Below, piece after piece: positions 42,846 through 52,860 of a stretch of 64,000 bases of DNA. The stretch lies in the NCBI GenBank assembly GCA_965214405.1, contig OZ243956.1, positions 2,496,001 through 2,560,000 of the forward strand. Direction: 5' to 3'. The notes below the pieces were generated by a model, which saw only the letters and a list, made by a program, of their open reading frames with translations, was not told the origin of the DNA and searched no databases. Each line of letters begins with the position of its first letter. Within the stretch, counting starts at the first letter, position 1. The translations under genes were made by a program, and so were the position numbers. Origin of the DNA: Trueperaceae bacterium (lineage in GTDB: Bacteria; Deinococcota; Deinococci; Deinococcales; Trueperaceae).

Positions 42846-43558
42846 GCGGGACTCCCAAGCTCGAGCACCCTACTCACAACCTCCCGCACGTTCGCTTCAG
42901 GACTCGGTTTGGTGCCGCCCAAGTGAAGCCATTCGTCAGCCTCTATAAAACCCACGCGCGCACCCCCTTGAACCGCCCGCTCGAGGTTGGGGAGCACCCG
43001 GACCTCGTCGCCAGTCTTTACCGTCATATTTTGCAACGTTTCCGGGGAGAGCTTCCACAAACCGATATCATAATCCCCCGCCCCGCACCACGCCTTTGTG
43101 ACCCTGTCCCCTGCCGTTGTCACGCGCACCCTCGGGTTCTCGTCCTCCGGGCCTGCGGCGAGCGTTTGGACGTTGGCTTCCGGATGATCAAACACGCGCT
43201 CAAAAAGAGACGTGGGAACGAAGAGGTCGGCGAGCCACACGATGACGGGCTGAGTAGGCCGGTACGTTTCCCACACCAAATGCAGCGCGTGGCCGGTGCC
43301 CAGAGCTTGGGGCTGGGTGAGGTACTCGAGCTTAAGCCCCTCATAAACCTCGCCAAAGTAGCGTCTAACCTGCTCCGCGTGATGGCCTACTACCAGGATG
43401 AGCCTATCTTCTTTGTTGACGTGTCGGCTTTGAATGAGGTTGTGGATGGAGAATTCTAAAAATGGGCGCAGGCCCACGGGGTACATGCACTTTTGTAAGT
43501 AGTCGCCCAGGTGCCCGAAGCGGGTGCCTTTGCCTGCGGCGAGACAGACGTAATCCAT
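42842..43558 (-). CDS. Sugar-phosphate nucleotidyltransferase
   Basis: LAAGKGTRF...K, QPQALGTGHAL; ATGA overlap with the kinase. Confidence 0.85.
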   Translation of the reverse strand: MDYVCLAAGKGTRFGHLGDYLQKCMYPVGLRPFLEFSIHNLIQSRHVNKEDRLILVVGHHAEQVRRYFGEVYEGLKLEYLTQPQALGTGHALHLVWETYRPTQPVIVWLADLFVPTSLFERVFDHPEANVQTLAAGPEDENPRVRVTTAGDRVTKAWCGAGDYDIGLWKLSPETLQNMTVKTGDEVRVLPNLERAVQGGARVGFIEADEWLHLGGTKPSPEANVREVVSRVLELGSPA

Positions 43559-43574
43559 AGAGGCTCAAGCTACC

Positions 43575-43613
43575 ATGACTGCGGGAGATGACTGCGGGAG
43601 ATGACTGCGGGAG
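43575..43613. repeat. Perfect 13-bp tandem repeat x3
   Basis: atgactgcgggag x3. Confidence 0.95.
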
Positions 43614-43616
43614 AGG

Positions 43617-43871
43617 TCATGCGTTCTCTCTGGGATGGGCTTTAGCCTTCGCGCTCGCGGTCTTTCTACGTTCCAGTAAAAGTCTGTGCCCAAGCCCCTC
43701 GCCTTGCCCTCGACCCCTTAACGCCCGGATAGAGTCTTGGGGAACCGGCACGACCTTGATGCCGTCCACGTCCTCGAGCCACACGAGCGTATCCCCCTCT
43801 TTGATGTCGTACTTCTTGCGGAGGTGCGCCGGAACGACGGTTCGACCGCGTTTTGTAATAGACGTCTGCAT
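43617..43871 (-). CDS. AbrB/MazE/SpoVT antitoxin-like protein (orphan, C-terminus possibly frameshifted)
   Basis: ITKRGRTVVPAHLRKKYDIKEGD. Confidence 0.8.
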   Translation of the reverse strand: MQTSITKRGRTVVPAHLRKKYDIKEGDTLVWLEDVDGIKVVPVPQDSIRALRGRGQGEGLGHRLLLERRKTASAKAKAHPRENA

Positions 43872-44089
43872 GACGTAATTTTAGCAACGATGTATGACCA
43901 GCGGTACAATGGTACAGTCGGGGAAAACATAACGTTAGGATAAAGCGGGGCAAGAGTCGTTAAAACTCTGTGGTGGTTTCACTGACACTGAGTCTGTTAG
44001 CGCAGGTATCATCCCTGAAACTACGTCCTAGACGATGCGCAGACTGAGCTTGTCTCAAACCAGATGCTACCTGCTACAAGGGAGGCAGC

Positions 44090-44773
44090 GTGCTTGTTAA
44101 AGACATCATGACCGAAAAAGTCGTCGCCATTGGCCCGGACATGCCCATCGGCGACGTGTACGCGCTCATGGAGCAGCGCAACATCCGGCATTTCCCGATT
44201 GTGGAGGAGCCGGGGGGCAAATTGGCGTCCGCCGACGCCGCGACCAAGGCTGTGAGAGAAGACAACCCTAAGCTTATCGGTATCGTTTCAGACCGCGACA
44301 TCCGCAGCGTCGGCTCGGAGTTGCCGGGGGCCAAAAAGGGCGTGACGCTTAGGGACCCGGTGCGCTTTGTGATGGCCTCGCCCGTGCTGACCGCGCACCC
44401 GATGGACCCGGTGGAAGAGTCCGCCAGGGTGCTGCGCGAGCACAAAATTGGGGCGATGCCGGTCTTAGAGGATGAGAAGTTAGTCGGCATCGTCACGGGC
44501 ATCGATTTTTTAGAAGCCCTGGTGCGGATGACGGGCGTGTTCGAAACGGCGACGCGTCTCGAAGTTGAGGTCGAGAACCGGCCCGGCGCTCTCTCGAGCC
44601 TCGCGGGGGCGATTGGCGCGCGGGGCGTGAACATCTCGAGCGTGCTCTCAACTTATAAAGACGGCGAGACCCTCACCTTTGTCTTGCGAGTCGACACGAT
44701 TGACGGGCGCGCTCTGGCGACGGCGCTGCGGGGCGAGGGCTTCGGCGTGGTGTGGCCACCTGAGAAAGACTAG
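44090..44773 (+). CDS. acuB: CBS-pair + ACT domain protein (AcuB-like)
   Basis: IRHFPIV, GIVSDRD, IGAMPV, ACT motif ENRPGAL...GVNISSV. Confidence 0.82.
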   Translation: MLVKDIMTEKVVAIGPDMPIGDVYALMEQRNIRHFPIVEEPGGKLASADAATKAVREDNPKLIGIVSDRDIRSVGSELPGAKKGVTLRDPVRFVMASPVLTAHPMDPVEESARVLREHKIGAMPVLEDEKLVGIVTGIDFLEALVRMTGVFETATRLEVEVENRPGALSSLAGAIGARGVNISSVLSTYKDGETLTFVLRVDTIDGRALATALRGEGFGVVWPPEKD

Positions 44774-44776
44774 GAA

Positions 44777-45943
44777 ATGGACTGCGCCTTTGTTTATGAC
44801 CCCAGCTTGAGCGAATACGCGCTTTCCGACTCTCACCCATTTAAGCCGCTGCGGCTCGAGCTGACCCGCAGCTTGCTTTACGATTTGGGGCTCTTGAGCG
44901 GGGCGCTCGAGGTGAGCCCAAAACCCTTGCTCGAGGGGCGGCTCTTGGAAGTTCATGACCCCCACTACGTCGAGGCGGTCAAAACGGTGTCAAAGGGTAA
45001 AGAAGTGCCGGAGGCGTACACTTACGGTCTGGGCACGAGCGACAACCCCATCTTTCCGGGAATGCACGAGGTGGTGTCGCGCGTTTGCGCCGCGACGGTG
45101 ACGGCGGTGGACTTAGTGGCCTCAGGCGAGGTGCGGCGCGCGGTGAATCTTTCGGGCGGCCTGCACCACGCGCTCTTTGACAAGGCGTCGGGCTTTTGCG
45201 TTTACAACGATCTGGTGCTGGGCATAACGCACGCCGTCAAGCGCTACGGGCTGCGGGTGGCGTATGTGGACCTGGACGCGCACCACGGCGACGGGGTGCA
45301 GTGGCTCCTTTATGACCGCGCGGAGGTGCTGACCGTGAGTCTGCACGAGTCAGGGCGCTACCTCTTCCCCGGCACCGGGCACACTTACGAAACGGGGCGG
45401 GACACGGGAAGAGGCCTCAGCGTGAACGTGCCCCTAGAGCCTTTCACCGAAGACGACTCATTTATGGCCGCGTTCGAGGCCGTTGTCCCGGCGGCGTTGG
45501 CGATGTTCAAGCCCGACCTCATCGTGCTCCAGGCGGGGGCGGACATGCACCGTTACGACCCGCTGGCCGACCTCTCGCTCTCGACGAGAGCCTTTGAGAG
45601 GAGTTACGCGCGCATGAGCGAACTCGCGGACGAATTCTGCGGAGGCCGCCTCGTCGCCACGGGCGGCGGCGGTTACGACCCCTACCGCACCGTGCCCCGC
45701 GTCTGGGCGCTCCTCTGGGGCGCGGTGAGCCGTCAGGCGGTGCCGGAGACGATACCCGAGAGCTGGCGGGCGCGCTGGGAGGCGAGGAGCCTCGAGACGT
45801 TGCCCGAAACCCTCCACGATGACACTAAAAGTTGGAAACCCACTCCCCGCCGCGCCGACATCACCTCGCATAATCAGGTGGTGGTGAAGAGGCTGCTCAG
45901 TACGCTCGAGCCCCTTTGGCAAGAAAGCAAGGCCTCTAAGTGA
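44777..45943 (+). CDS. acuC: Acetoin utilization protein / HDAC-family lysine deacetylase
   Basis: HPFKPLR, GGLHHA, SGFCVYND, DLDAHHGDG, GGGGY. Confidence 0.92.
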   Translation: MDCAFVYDPSLSEYALSDSHPFKPLRLELTRSLLYDLGLLSGALEVSPKPLLEGRLLEVHDPHYVEAVKTVSKGKEVPEAYTYGLGTSDNPIFPGMHEVVSRVCAATVTAVDLVASGEVRRAVNLSGGLHHALFDKASGFCVYNDLVLGITHAVKRYGLRVAYVDLDAHHGDGVQWLLYDRAEVLTVSLHESGRYLFPGTGHTYETGRDTGRGLSVNVPLEPFTEDDSFMAAFEAVVPAALAMFKPDLIVLQAGADMHRYDPLADLSLSTRAFERSYARMSELADEFCGGRLVATGGGGYDPYRTVPRVWALLWGAVSRQAVPETIPESWRARWEARSLETLPETLHDDTKSWKPTPRRADITSHNQVVVKRLLSTLEPLWQESKASK

Positions 45944-46392
45944 TGTGTTTTACGAACGTAAACGATTTGGAGGCCGCTGTCGGTGAGACGTTGGGACCTA
46001 GCCGCTGGCTTGAGGTCACCCAAGCGCGCATCGACGCCTTTGCCAAAGCCACAGGCGACCATCAGTGGATTCATACTGACGAGGCGCGCGCGAAGCTCGA
46101 GTCCCCCTACCGCCAAACTGTCGCCCACGGCTACCTGACGCTCTCCCTACTCTCCGGGTTGGTAGGAGAAATCTTCCCGGTAGAGGCCAAACTGGGCGTC
46201 AACTACGGCCTCAACCGCGTGCGCTTTCCCGCGCCCGTGCTGAGCGGGTCTAAGGTGCGCCTCTTGGCGGTGCTTAGGGAGGTGAGGAAGTTGGAGGGTG
46301 GTGCCGAAGTCGTCCTCGACGCGACTTTTGAAGATGACGGTCAGGCGAAGCCGGTCTGTGTGGCGCAGGCGGTTTTGCGCTTTTACTTCTAA
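45943..46392 (+). CDS. MaoC family dehydratase
   Basis: FAKATGDHQWIHTD, AHGYLTLS, NYGLNRVRFPAPV. Confidence 0.92.
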   Translation: MCFTNVNDLEAAVGETLGPSRWLEVTQARIDAFAKATGDHQWIHTDEARAKLESPYRQTVAHGYLTLSLLSGLVGEIFPVEAKLGVNYGLNRVRFPAPVLSGSKVRLLAVLREVRKLEGGAEVVLDATFEDDGQAKPVCVAQAVLRFYF

Positions 46393-46496
46393 AGGGGCTT
46401 GCACGAGTGGTGAGGCGGGCCGGGGGCACACGAAGTTTAGATAAGTTTTTGCAGCTCGAGGATGATGTGCGTTTAGGGCGTCTGGCACCCGCTCAA

Positions 46497-48143
46497 GTGA
46501 CGGTTATCAACCCACCAGAGAGGCTTAGACGACGGCTCGCGCTACTCCTGCTACTGCTAAGCGCCGCGCACGCACAGGACGCTGTGGCTTTGAACGCCGA
46601 GGCCCTGAACGCCGAAACTCTGGTCGGACGCTTGCTGCTTCTTTCTTTTTCCGGGGACGAGGCACCGCTGGAAAGGCTCGACTTCACCCCCGCAGGCTTC
46701 ATCTTCTACCCCGGCAACGTCACCTCAACCGAGGGAGTGCGGGCGCTTACGCAGACCTTACAAGAAGCTTCGACGTACCCCCTGCTGTTCGGCATCGACC
46801 AGGAAGGGGGACCTTTTACCAGCTACCGCGTCGACGACGCCACCCTCTTTCCCGGCGCGATGGCTTTGGCAGCCACGGGCGACCCCGAGTTGGCTCGTAG
46901 GGTCGGTGAGGCCACCGCCAAGGAGCTGAGCTACGCGGGCTTCAACCTCCTCTTTGGCCCCGTGGCCGACGTGAACTCCAACCCCGATAACCCCATCATC
47001 GGCGTACGATCTTTTGGCGCTGAACCCGAGACGGTGAGTGCGTTTTCTCTGGCTTATGCGCGGGGGGTGCTCGAGGGGGATGTGGCCCCCGTCGCCAAAC
47101 ACTTTCCCGGTCACGGCGACACCGACACTGACACGCATCTTTCGTTGGCACGTATTACCAAAAGTAAGGAGGCGCTCGAGGCGGTCGACCTCATCCCTTT
47201 TCAAACTCTTATCAACAACGGTATCCCCGCTGTCATGAGCGCGCACATCATCTTTCCCGCGCTCGACCCGGAGGACCCGGCCACCCTGTCAAGCTCTATC
47301 CTTACCGGCTTGCTACGCGAGCAGTTGGGCTTTGACGGCCTCGTCATCACCGACTATATGGACATGAAGGCCATCGCCGACAACTACGGCGCGGGCGAGG
47401 CGGCGGTGAGAAGCGTTCTCGCCGGGAGCGACCTTGTCATCGTCGGCCCTGACCCGGCGGTGCAGCGTGAAGTTTATGACGCGCTGTTGGGCGCGGTGCG
47501 CTCAAACAGGCTGCCCGCGGAGAGAGTGCTCGAGGCGGTCGCGCGTTCGCAGGGGCTCGCTGGGCGGTTCGTTCCACGGTGGGAGGGTGGCAAACCGGAC
47601 TATGCGGCGCACAGAGCGTTAGCCGAAGAGGTCTCCGTCAAAGGCACCACCCTGCTCAGCAACAACGGCACACTGCCTCTTAATCCCCAGGCCAAGGTGC
47701 TTGTGGTTGCCCCTCAACCGCAAACTTACGGCCCAGCGCCTCACTTGGGCAGCGTCATCAAGCGGTATCGAGAGAACATATCCTCCGTCGTCGTGAGTGA
47801 AGCGCCGACGCTCTCAGAGGTAGAGGAGGCGCTCGAGAAGGCGGCGGCGGACGTGGTTGTGCTGGGAACGTATCATTGGCTAGGAGCGTTTCCAGAAGCG
47901 ATGGGGGAGTTGGCAGCGCGACTGTCGGAGCTGGGCAAGCCTCTGGTGGTGGTTGCGCTCGGCAATCCTGACGACCTGCGCTTCTTGGACGTACAACCGT
48001 CGGCTTATCTGACAAGTTATGGCACCCGTGAGGTGAACCTAGAAGGTGTCACCGCCGTTTTGCTGGGGCGAGTCGAGCCGAGGGGCAGGCTGCCTGTGCC
48101 GGTGGGGGCGTGGCCGCTGGGGGCGGGGCTGTCGGGGTTTTAG
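46497..48143 (+). CDS. nagZ: GH3 beta-N-acetylhexosaminidase (exported, two-domain)
   Basis: IDQEGG, KHFPGHGD...DTH NagZ signature, ITDYMDM; signal ending AHA; start uncertain. Confidence 0.85.
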   Translation: MTVINPPERLRRRLALLLLLLSAAHAQDAVALNAEALNAETLVGRLLLLSFSGDEAPLERLDFTPAGFIFYPGNVTSTEGVRALTQTLQEASTYPLLFGIDQEGGPFTSYRVDDATLFPGAMALAATGDPELARRVGEATAKELSYAGFNLLFGPVADVNSNPDNPIIGVRSFGAEPETVSAFSLAYARGVLEGDVAPVAKHFPGHGDTDTDTHLSLARITKSKEALEAVDLIPFQTLINNGIPAVMSAHIIFPALDPEDPATLSSSILTGLLREQLGFDGLVITDYMDMKAIADNYGAGEAAVRSVLAGSDLVIVGPDPAVQREVYDALLGAVRSNRLPAERVLEAVARSQGLAGRFVPRWEGGKPDYAAHRALAEEVSVKGTTLLSNNGTLPLNPQAKVLVVAPQPQTYGPAPHLGSVIKRYRENISSVVVSEAPTLSEVEEALEKAAADVVVLGTYHWLGAFPEAMGELAARLSELGKPLVVVALGNPDDLRFLDVQPSAYLTSYGTREVNLEGVTAVLLGRVEPRGRLPVPVGAWPLGAGLSGF

Positions 48144-48355
48144 GGGTTCAGGGCCATCGCAAAGCCGTAACCCCGGCAAGTGGAGGAGCCCGTTGACCCG
48201 GTGCAGGTAAGGCTAGGAGAATGCAAGAAGATACAACATAGACGTGAGTGGCGCAGTATGGGCGATACTTTATGAACCTTTGAGTCGTATTATCCAATAC
48301 GCGTTGCCGGACCTTTCGGCGTTAGGGTGCAAAGAGCAAATCAAAGGAGAAAAAT

Positions 48356-49291
48356 ATGTCAGACGCCAATCACTCCCTCTCGCGCCGCTCTCTACTTAAG
48401 GGCGTCTCCGCCACCGCGCTCGGCGCTGGCCTCGCGGGTTTGAATGTCGGGAGGGCGCAAGCAGCGCCGCCCAGCCTGCCCCTCCCCCTGGCCTTGCAGC
48501 GCTTCGACCTTGGTGACGCGCAAGTCACGGTGTTTCAGGAGATGACGCTGGCGCTCCAACCCGCCATGTACGGCGGCGGCGCGCCCGAGGGCGCGGTAAG
48601 TGAGCTTCTGGGCGCGTACAACTTGCCCACCGACGCCGTGAGCGCCACCGTCAACGTGATGCTTTTGGAGCGTGGCGGCGAGCGCATCCTCATCGACACG
48701 GGCACGGGGCAGAATTTGGTGCCGACGTTGGAGGCCTTGGGAATCGAACTGAGCAGCATTAACGCGGTTCTGTTGTCTCACTATCACGGCGACCACGTCG
48801 GGGGCGTGTCGGCGGACGGGACGCTGAGTTTTCCTAACGCCACGCACCATTTTCCGCAGGCCGAGTGGGACTTTTTGCAGAACGCCCCCAGCGACAACGA
48901 GGGCGCACAAACCGCGCTGAGTAAACTCCAGCCTGTGGTGGACGCAGGCCAACTCACTTTCTTTACGGGCGGTGAGGAGCCGGTGAGCGGGGTGGAGGCG
49001 GTGGACGCGTTTGGTCATACGCCCGGTCACACGATTTTTCTCATTAGCTCAGGTGACGCGAGGCTTTTACATATCGCCGACACCGCCACCCACGCGCTCA
49101 TCTCGCCGCTGCACCCGGAGTGGGCCTTCGCCTTTGACGGCGACCCCGACCAAGCCGCCGCGACGCGGCGCGACGTGCTGGAGCGGGCGGCAAGCGACGG
49201 CACCAAAATTTTCGCCTATCACTTCGCTTTTCCCGGCCTGGGCTTCGTCGCAAGAGAGGGAGACGCGTTTCGCTTTACGCCCGCGCCGTAG
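48356..49291 (+). CDS. Tat-exported MBL-fold metallo-hydrolase (methyl-parathion hydrolase/lactonase-like)
   Basis: SRRSLLK Tat motif, IDTG, HYHGDH, GHTPGH, YHFAFPG. Confidence 0.9.
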   Translation: MSDANHSLSRRSLLKGVSATALGAGLAGLNVGRAQAAPPSLPLPLALQRFDLGDAQVTVFQEMTLALQPAMYGGGAPEGAVSELLGAYNLPTDAVSATVNVMLLERGGERILIDTGTGQNLVPTLEALGIELSSINAVLLSHYHGDHVGGVSADGTLSFPNATHHFPQAEWDFLQNAPSDNEGAQTALSKLQPVVDAGQLTFFTGGEEPVSGVEAVDAFGHTPGHTIFLISSGDARLLHIADTATHALISPLHPEWAFAFDGDPDQAAATRRDVLERAASDGTKIFAYHFAFPGLGFVAREGDAFRFTPAP

Positions 49292-49360
49292 GGGCTCGAG
49301 CAAGACACAGAGCCGCTAACGTTCGCAAGCCCCAACGTCGGCCCAAAGCGTGAGGACAGG

Positions 49361-49624
49361 GTGGTGAGAGACGCCTCTAAGCCGCTAGTTAAGAAGTCGG
49401 GTCGGCCCAGAAGCGTGCGCTACGATTTTAGGCGCACGCCCGTGACCCTTCTGCTTTTGACGGGCTTACACCCCAAGGTGGTATCTGCAAGGTTGGGACG
49501 TAGCAGCATCACGCCTACTACTTACAGCTACGTGCGACTCAACGTGCAAAAGGAAGCTGCCGAAAAGCTCGAGGCGCTGCTCTTCGGCACCCCAGAGCGT
49601 GTGGGGGAGCACCTTCCAAGCTAA
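49361..49624 (+). pseudogene. Tyrosine integrase C-terminal remnant 1
   Basis: VRYDFRRT..TLLL..GLHPKVVSARLGRSSIT.TTYSYV is a degraded H-x-L-R-H / LGH / Y set; no N-terminus. Confidence 0.8.
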
Positions 49625-49697
49625 ACGGCACGCTGTAGGCACAAAAAAGACAAAAACGTCCCAGCTACTTTGAGGCGTTTTTGCGTCTGTGACCCGG

Positions 49698-49742
49698 TGG
49701 TGGGTCCTGCTGGACTTGAACCAGCGACAAACCGATTATGAG
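49698..49742 (-). repeat. Displaced 3' half of tRNA(CAT) (att site), with CCA
   Basis: Minus strand ctcataatcggtttgtcgctggttcaagtccagcaggacccacca; two mismatches to the intact tRNA before the discriminator base. Confidence 0.9.
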
Positions 49743-49878
49743 GTCTTCGGTTGCGCTTCGCAACTAAGCCATTATCTTCGCAAAAGGCGTGGGTGGCGGA
49801 CTTTTTAGGCCGATAAGCCGGGGCGCGCGTCGCAACTAAACCCGTCCGCACCTCTCCCCGTGGGGGTCACGGTGGTGG

Positions 49879-50076
49879 TCAGAGCAGTTGCAGCACGATA
49901 GGCACGAGCAGCCCCAAGATGATGACGCCCAAAAGCCAAAAGAACTGGGTGCGCGTCGAGGCGCGCAGCGCGCGCAGCTCGCTCTCGACATTTGAGAGGC
50001 GTTTCTCGATGCCCTCAAAAAGCCCCTCGAGCTTGGCAACCCTCGCCTCTAAGGGGTCGCTTGTGCGCCTATCCAC
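49879..50076 (-). CDS. Small coiled-coil protein with C-terminal TM helix (phage-like)
   Basis: LEARVAKLEGLFEGIEKRLSNVESELRAL then FFWLLGVIILGLLVPIVL; GTG overlaps the HTH gene stop region. Confidence 0.6.
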   Translation of the reverse strand: MDRRTSDPLEARVAKLEGLFEGIEKRLSNVESELRALRASTRTQFFWLLGVIILGLLVPIVLQLL

Positions 50077-50290
50077 GCCGGTACTCCAGCAGGTCATTGG
50101 GCGTCACGTCCTTGCCGGTAAGAGCGCGCAACGCGGTGATCACTGCGTCTAAACTCTCGAGCTGGGGCTGCCTCTCGCCCGCGGCGTACTTCCTGACCGT
50201 TATCTCACTGATACCCTCCACTGCCTGCCCGAGCTTGTAGGCGCTGAGGTCGTGCTCCTCCAAAAATTCCTTGAGCTTGAACGTGATCAT
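50069..50290 (-). CDS. XRE-family HTH transcriptional regulator
   Basis: LKEFLEEHDLSAYKLG...ISEITVRKYAAG..QP...DLLEY. Confidence 0.8.
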   Translation of the reverse strand: MITFKLKEFLEEHDLSAYKLGQAVEGISEITVRKYAAGERQPQLESLDAVITALRALTGKDVTPNDLLEYRRG

Positions 50291-50325
50291 GCGCCCACTA
50301 TACACCATGTATCCCCAATAAGGCT

Positions 50326-50721
50326 GTGGCGACGTGCTACGAAGACCTTGACCTGGTGTTCCCGAGCGGCGCGGGAACCTTTTTAGAGCACAGCAACGTG
50401 CGTAGGACCCTGAAGCGGGTGATTAAAGCTTCAAACGTCACGCCGATCACCTTCCACGACTTTCGCCACACCTTTGCTTCGATGATGATCGCCGACCACA
50501 TCGACATGGTCAAGCTCGCCCGGATGCTGGGCCACCTCTCGCCAGGCTTTACTTTACGCACCTACGCGCACCTGTTCGAGCGCCGCCAGCGGCTGCCCAT
50601 GCCCTCGCTTTCGTCACTTACGGGTCAGGCTGACGGTAGGGGCGGCCCACCCGTTGGTGATGGTCAGGGTGGTCAAAATGAGGAGGACGCGCTTCCCGAC
50701 TTCGAGAAAACGCGTCCCTGA
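50326..50721 (+). pseudogene. Tyrosine integrase C-terminal remnant 2
   Basis: DLVFPS..G, ITFHDFRHTFAS, LGH....TLRTYAH; N-terminal and core domains absent. Confidence 0.85.
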
Positions 50722-50725
50722 TTGA

Positions 50726-50799
50726 TGGGTCCTGCTGGACTTGAACCAGCGACCAATCGATTATGAGTCGACTGCTCTAACCAACTGAGCTAAGGACCC
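50726..50799 (-). tRNA. tRNA with CAT anticodon, most likely tRNA-Ile2 (lysidine); CCA not encoded
   Basis: gggtccttagctcagttggttagagcagtcgactCATaatcgattggtcgctggttcaagtccagcaggaccca; paired 1:72 and no GGG/CCC anticodon stem, so not an initiator. Confidence 0.9.
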
Positions 50800-50955
50800 T
50801 TACGGCGGTAGCCACAAGGTTGTGCGAAAGGCATTGTAGCAAGTGAGGTTTACCCTGTCCAGCAAAAAGAGGCTGGATCAGAGACACCGGCGCGGGTTCG
50901 GCTTATACTTTTAGAGTTCTCCCTTTTGGGGAGCGCTTCTAAAAGGAGGCCTTTT

Positions 50956-51432
50956 GTGTCCAGAGAACCCATTTACCTTACCCCAAAGGGGTTGGAAAAA
51001 ACGAAGGAAGAGCTGCGCTATCTCAAGGATGAGAAGCGGCAGGAGCTGGCCGACTACATGGGCTCCGCCATCGCCGACGGCGACCTGCGCGAGAGCGCGG
51101 CTTACGACGAGGCGCGCTTGTTGCAGAGTGCCAACGAGGCGCGTATCGCAGACCTAGAAGAGATTTTGCACCGCGCCGTGGTGGTCGAGCACGAGGAGGG
51201 AAGCGTCGCGGTCGCTCGCTTGGGGGCCAGCCTCCTGCTAGAGGACGTTTCGGGCGAAACGACCACCTTTCACCTCGTCGGCACGCATGAGGCGGACGTG
51301 CTCGAGGGCCGCATCTCCGACGAATCGCCCCTGGGCGAAAAGCTGATGGGCAAAAAGGAAGGCGACCGCGTGACGATTCAGTTAGGCCGCCGCGAGGTCG
51401 AGTACACGGTCAAAGGCGTGTCGTTTGAGTAA
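50956..51432 (+). CDS. greA: Transcription elongation factor GreA
   Basis: LTPKGLEK..EEL, DGDLRESAAYDEA, ISDESPLG. Confidence 0.9.
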   Translation: MSREPIYLTPKGLEKTKEELRYLKDEKRQELADYMGSAIADGDLRESAAYDEARLLQSANEARIADLEEILHRAVVVEHEEGSVAVARLGASLLLEDVSGETTTFHLVGTHEADVLEGRISDESPLGEKLMGKKEGDRVTIQLGRREVEYTVKGVSFE

Positions 51433-51516
51433 AAAACCCCTTTACATTTTTAGTGGGGGGACTCTCTGGTATGCGTGTAAAGGATTCAAGGTGAGGTCGC
51501 TAGAAGGCTCGAGCCC

Positions 51517-52800
<1,284 letters not shown>

Positions 52801-52808
52801 CACGCCTC

Positions 52809-52860
52809 CTCATTACACCTTCTCATTACACCTTCTCATTACACCTTCTCATTACACCTT
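52809..52860. repeat. Perfect 13-bp tandem repeat x4 in the rpoD leader
   Basis: ctcattacacctt x4 (aaggtgtaatgag on the coding strand); the last unit merges with the GAGGAGG RBS. Confidence 0.95.

Larger units (their letters stand above)
49698..50799. mobile_element. Decayed tRNA-integrated element bounded by att repeats
   Basis: Direct repeat of the tRNA 3' half flanks a small TM gene, an XRE HTH gene and an integrase fragment. Confidence 0.75.

Noticed and set aside
49698..49742. Second tRNA gene
   Set aside because: Only the anticodon loop to CCA is present; the D-arm and 5' acceptor strand are missing.
52809..52860. Repeats here and at 43575 as CRISPR arrays
   Set aside because: 13-bp head-to-tail units with no spacers and no cas genes.
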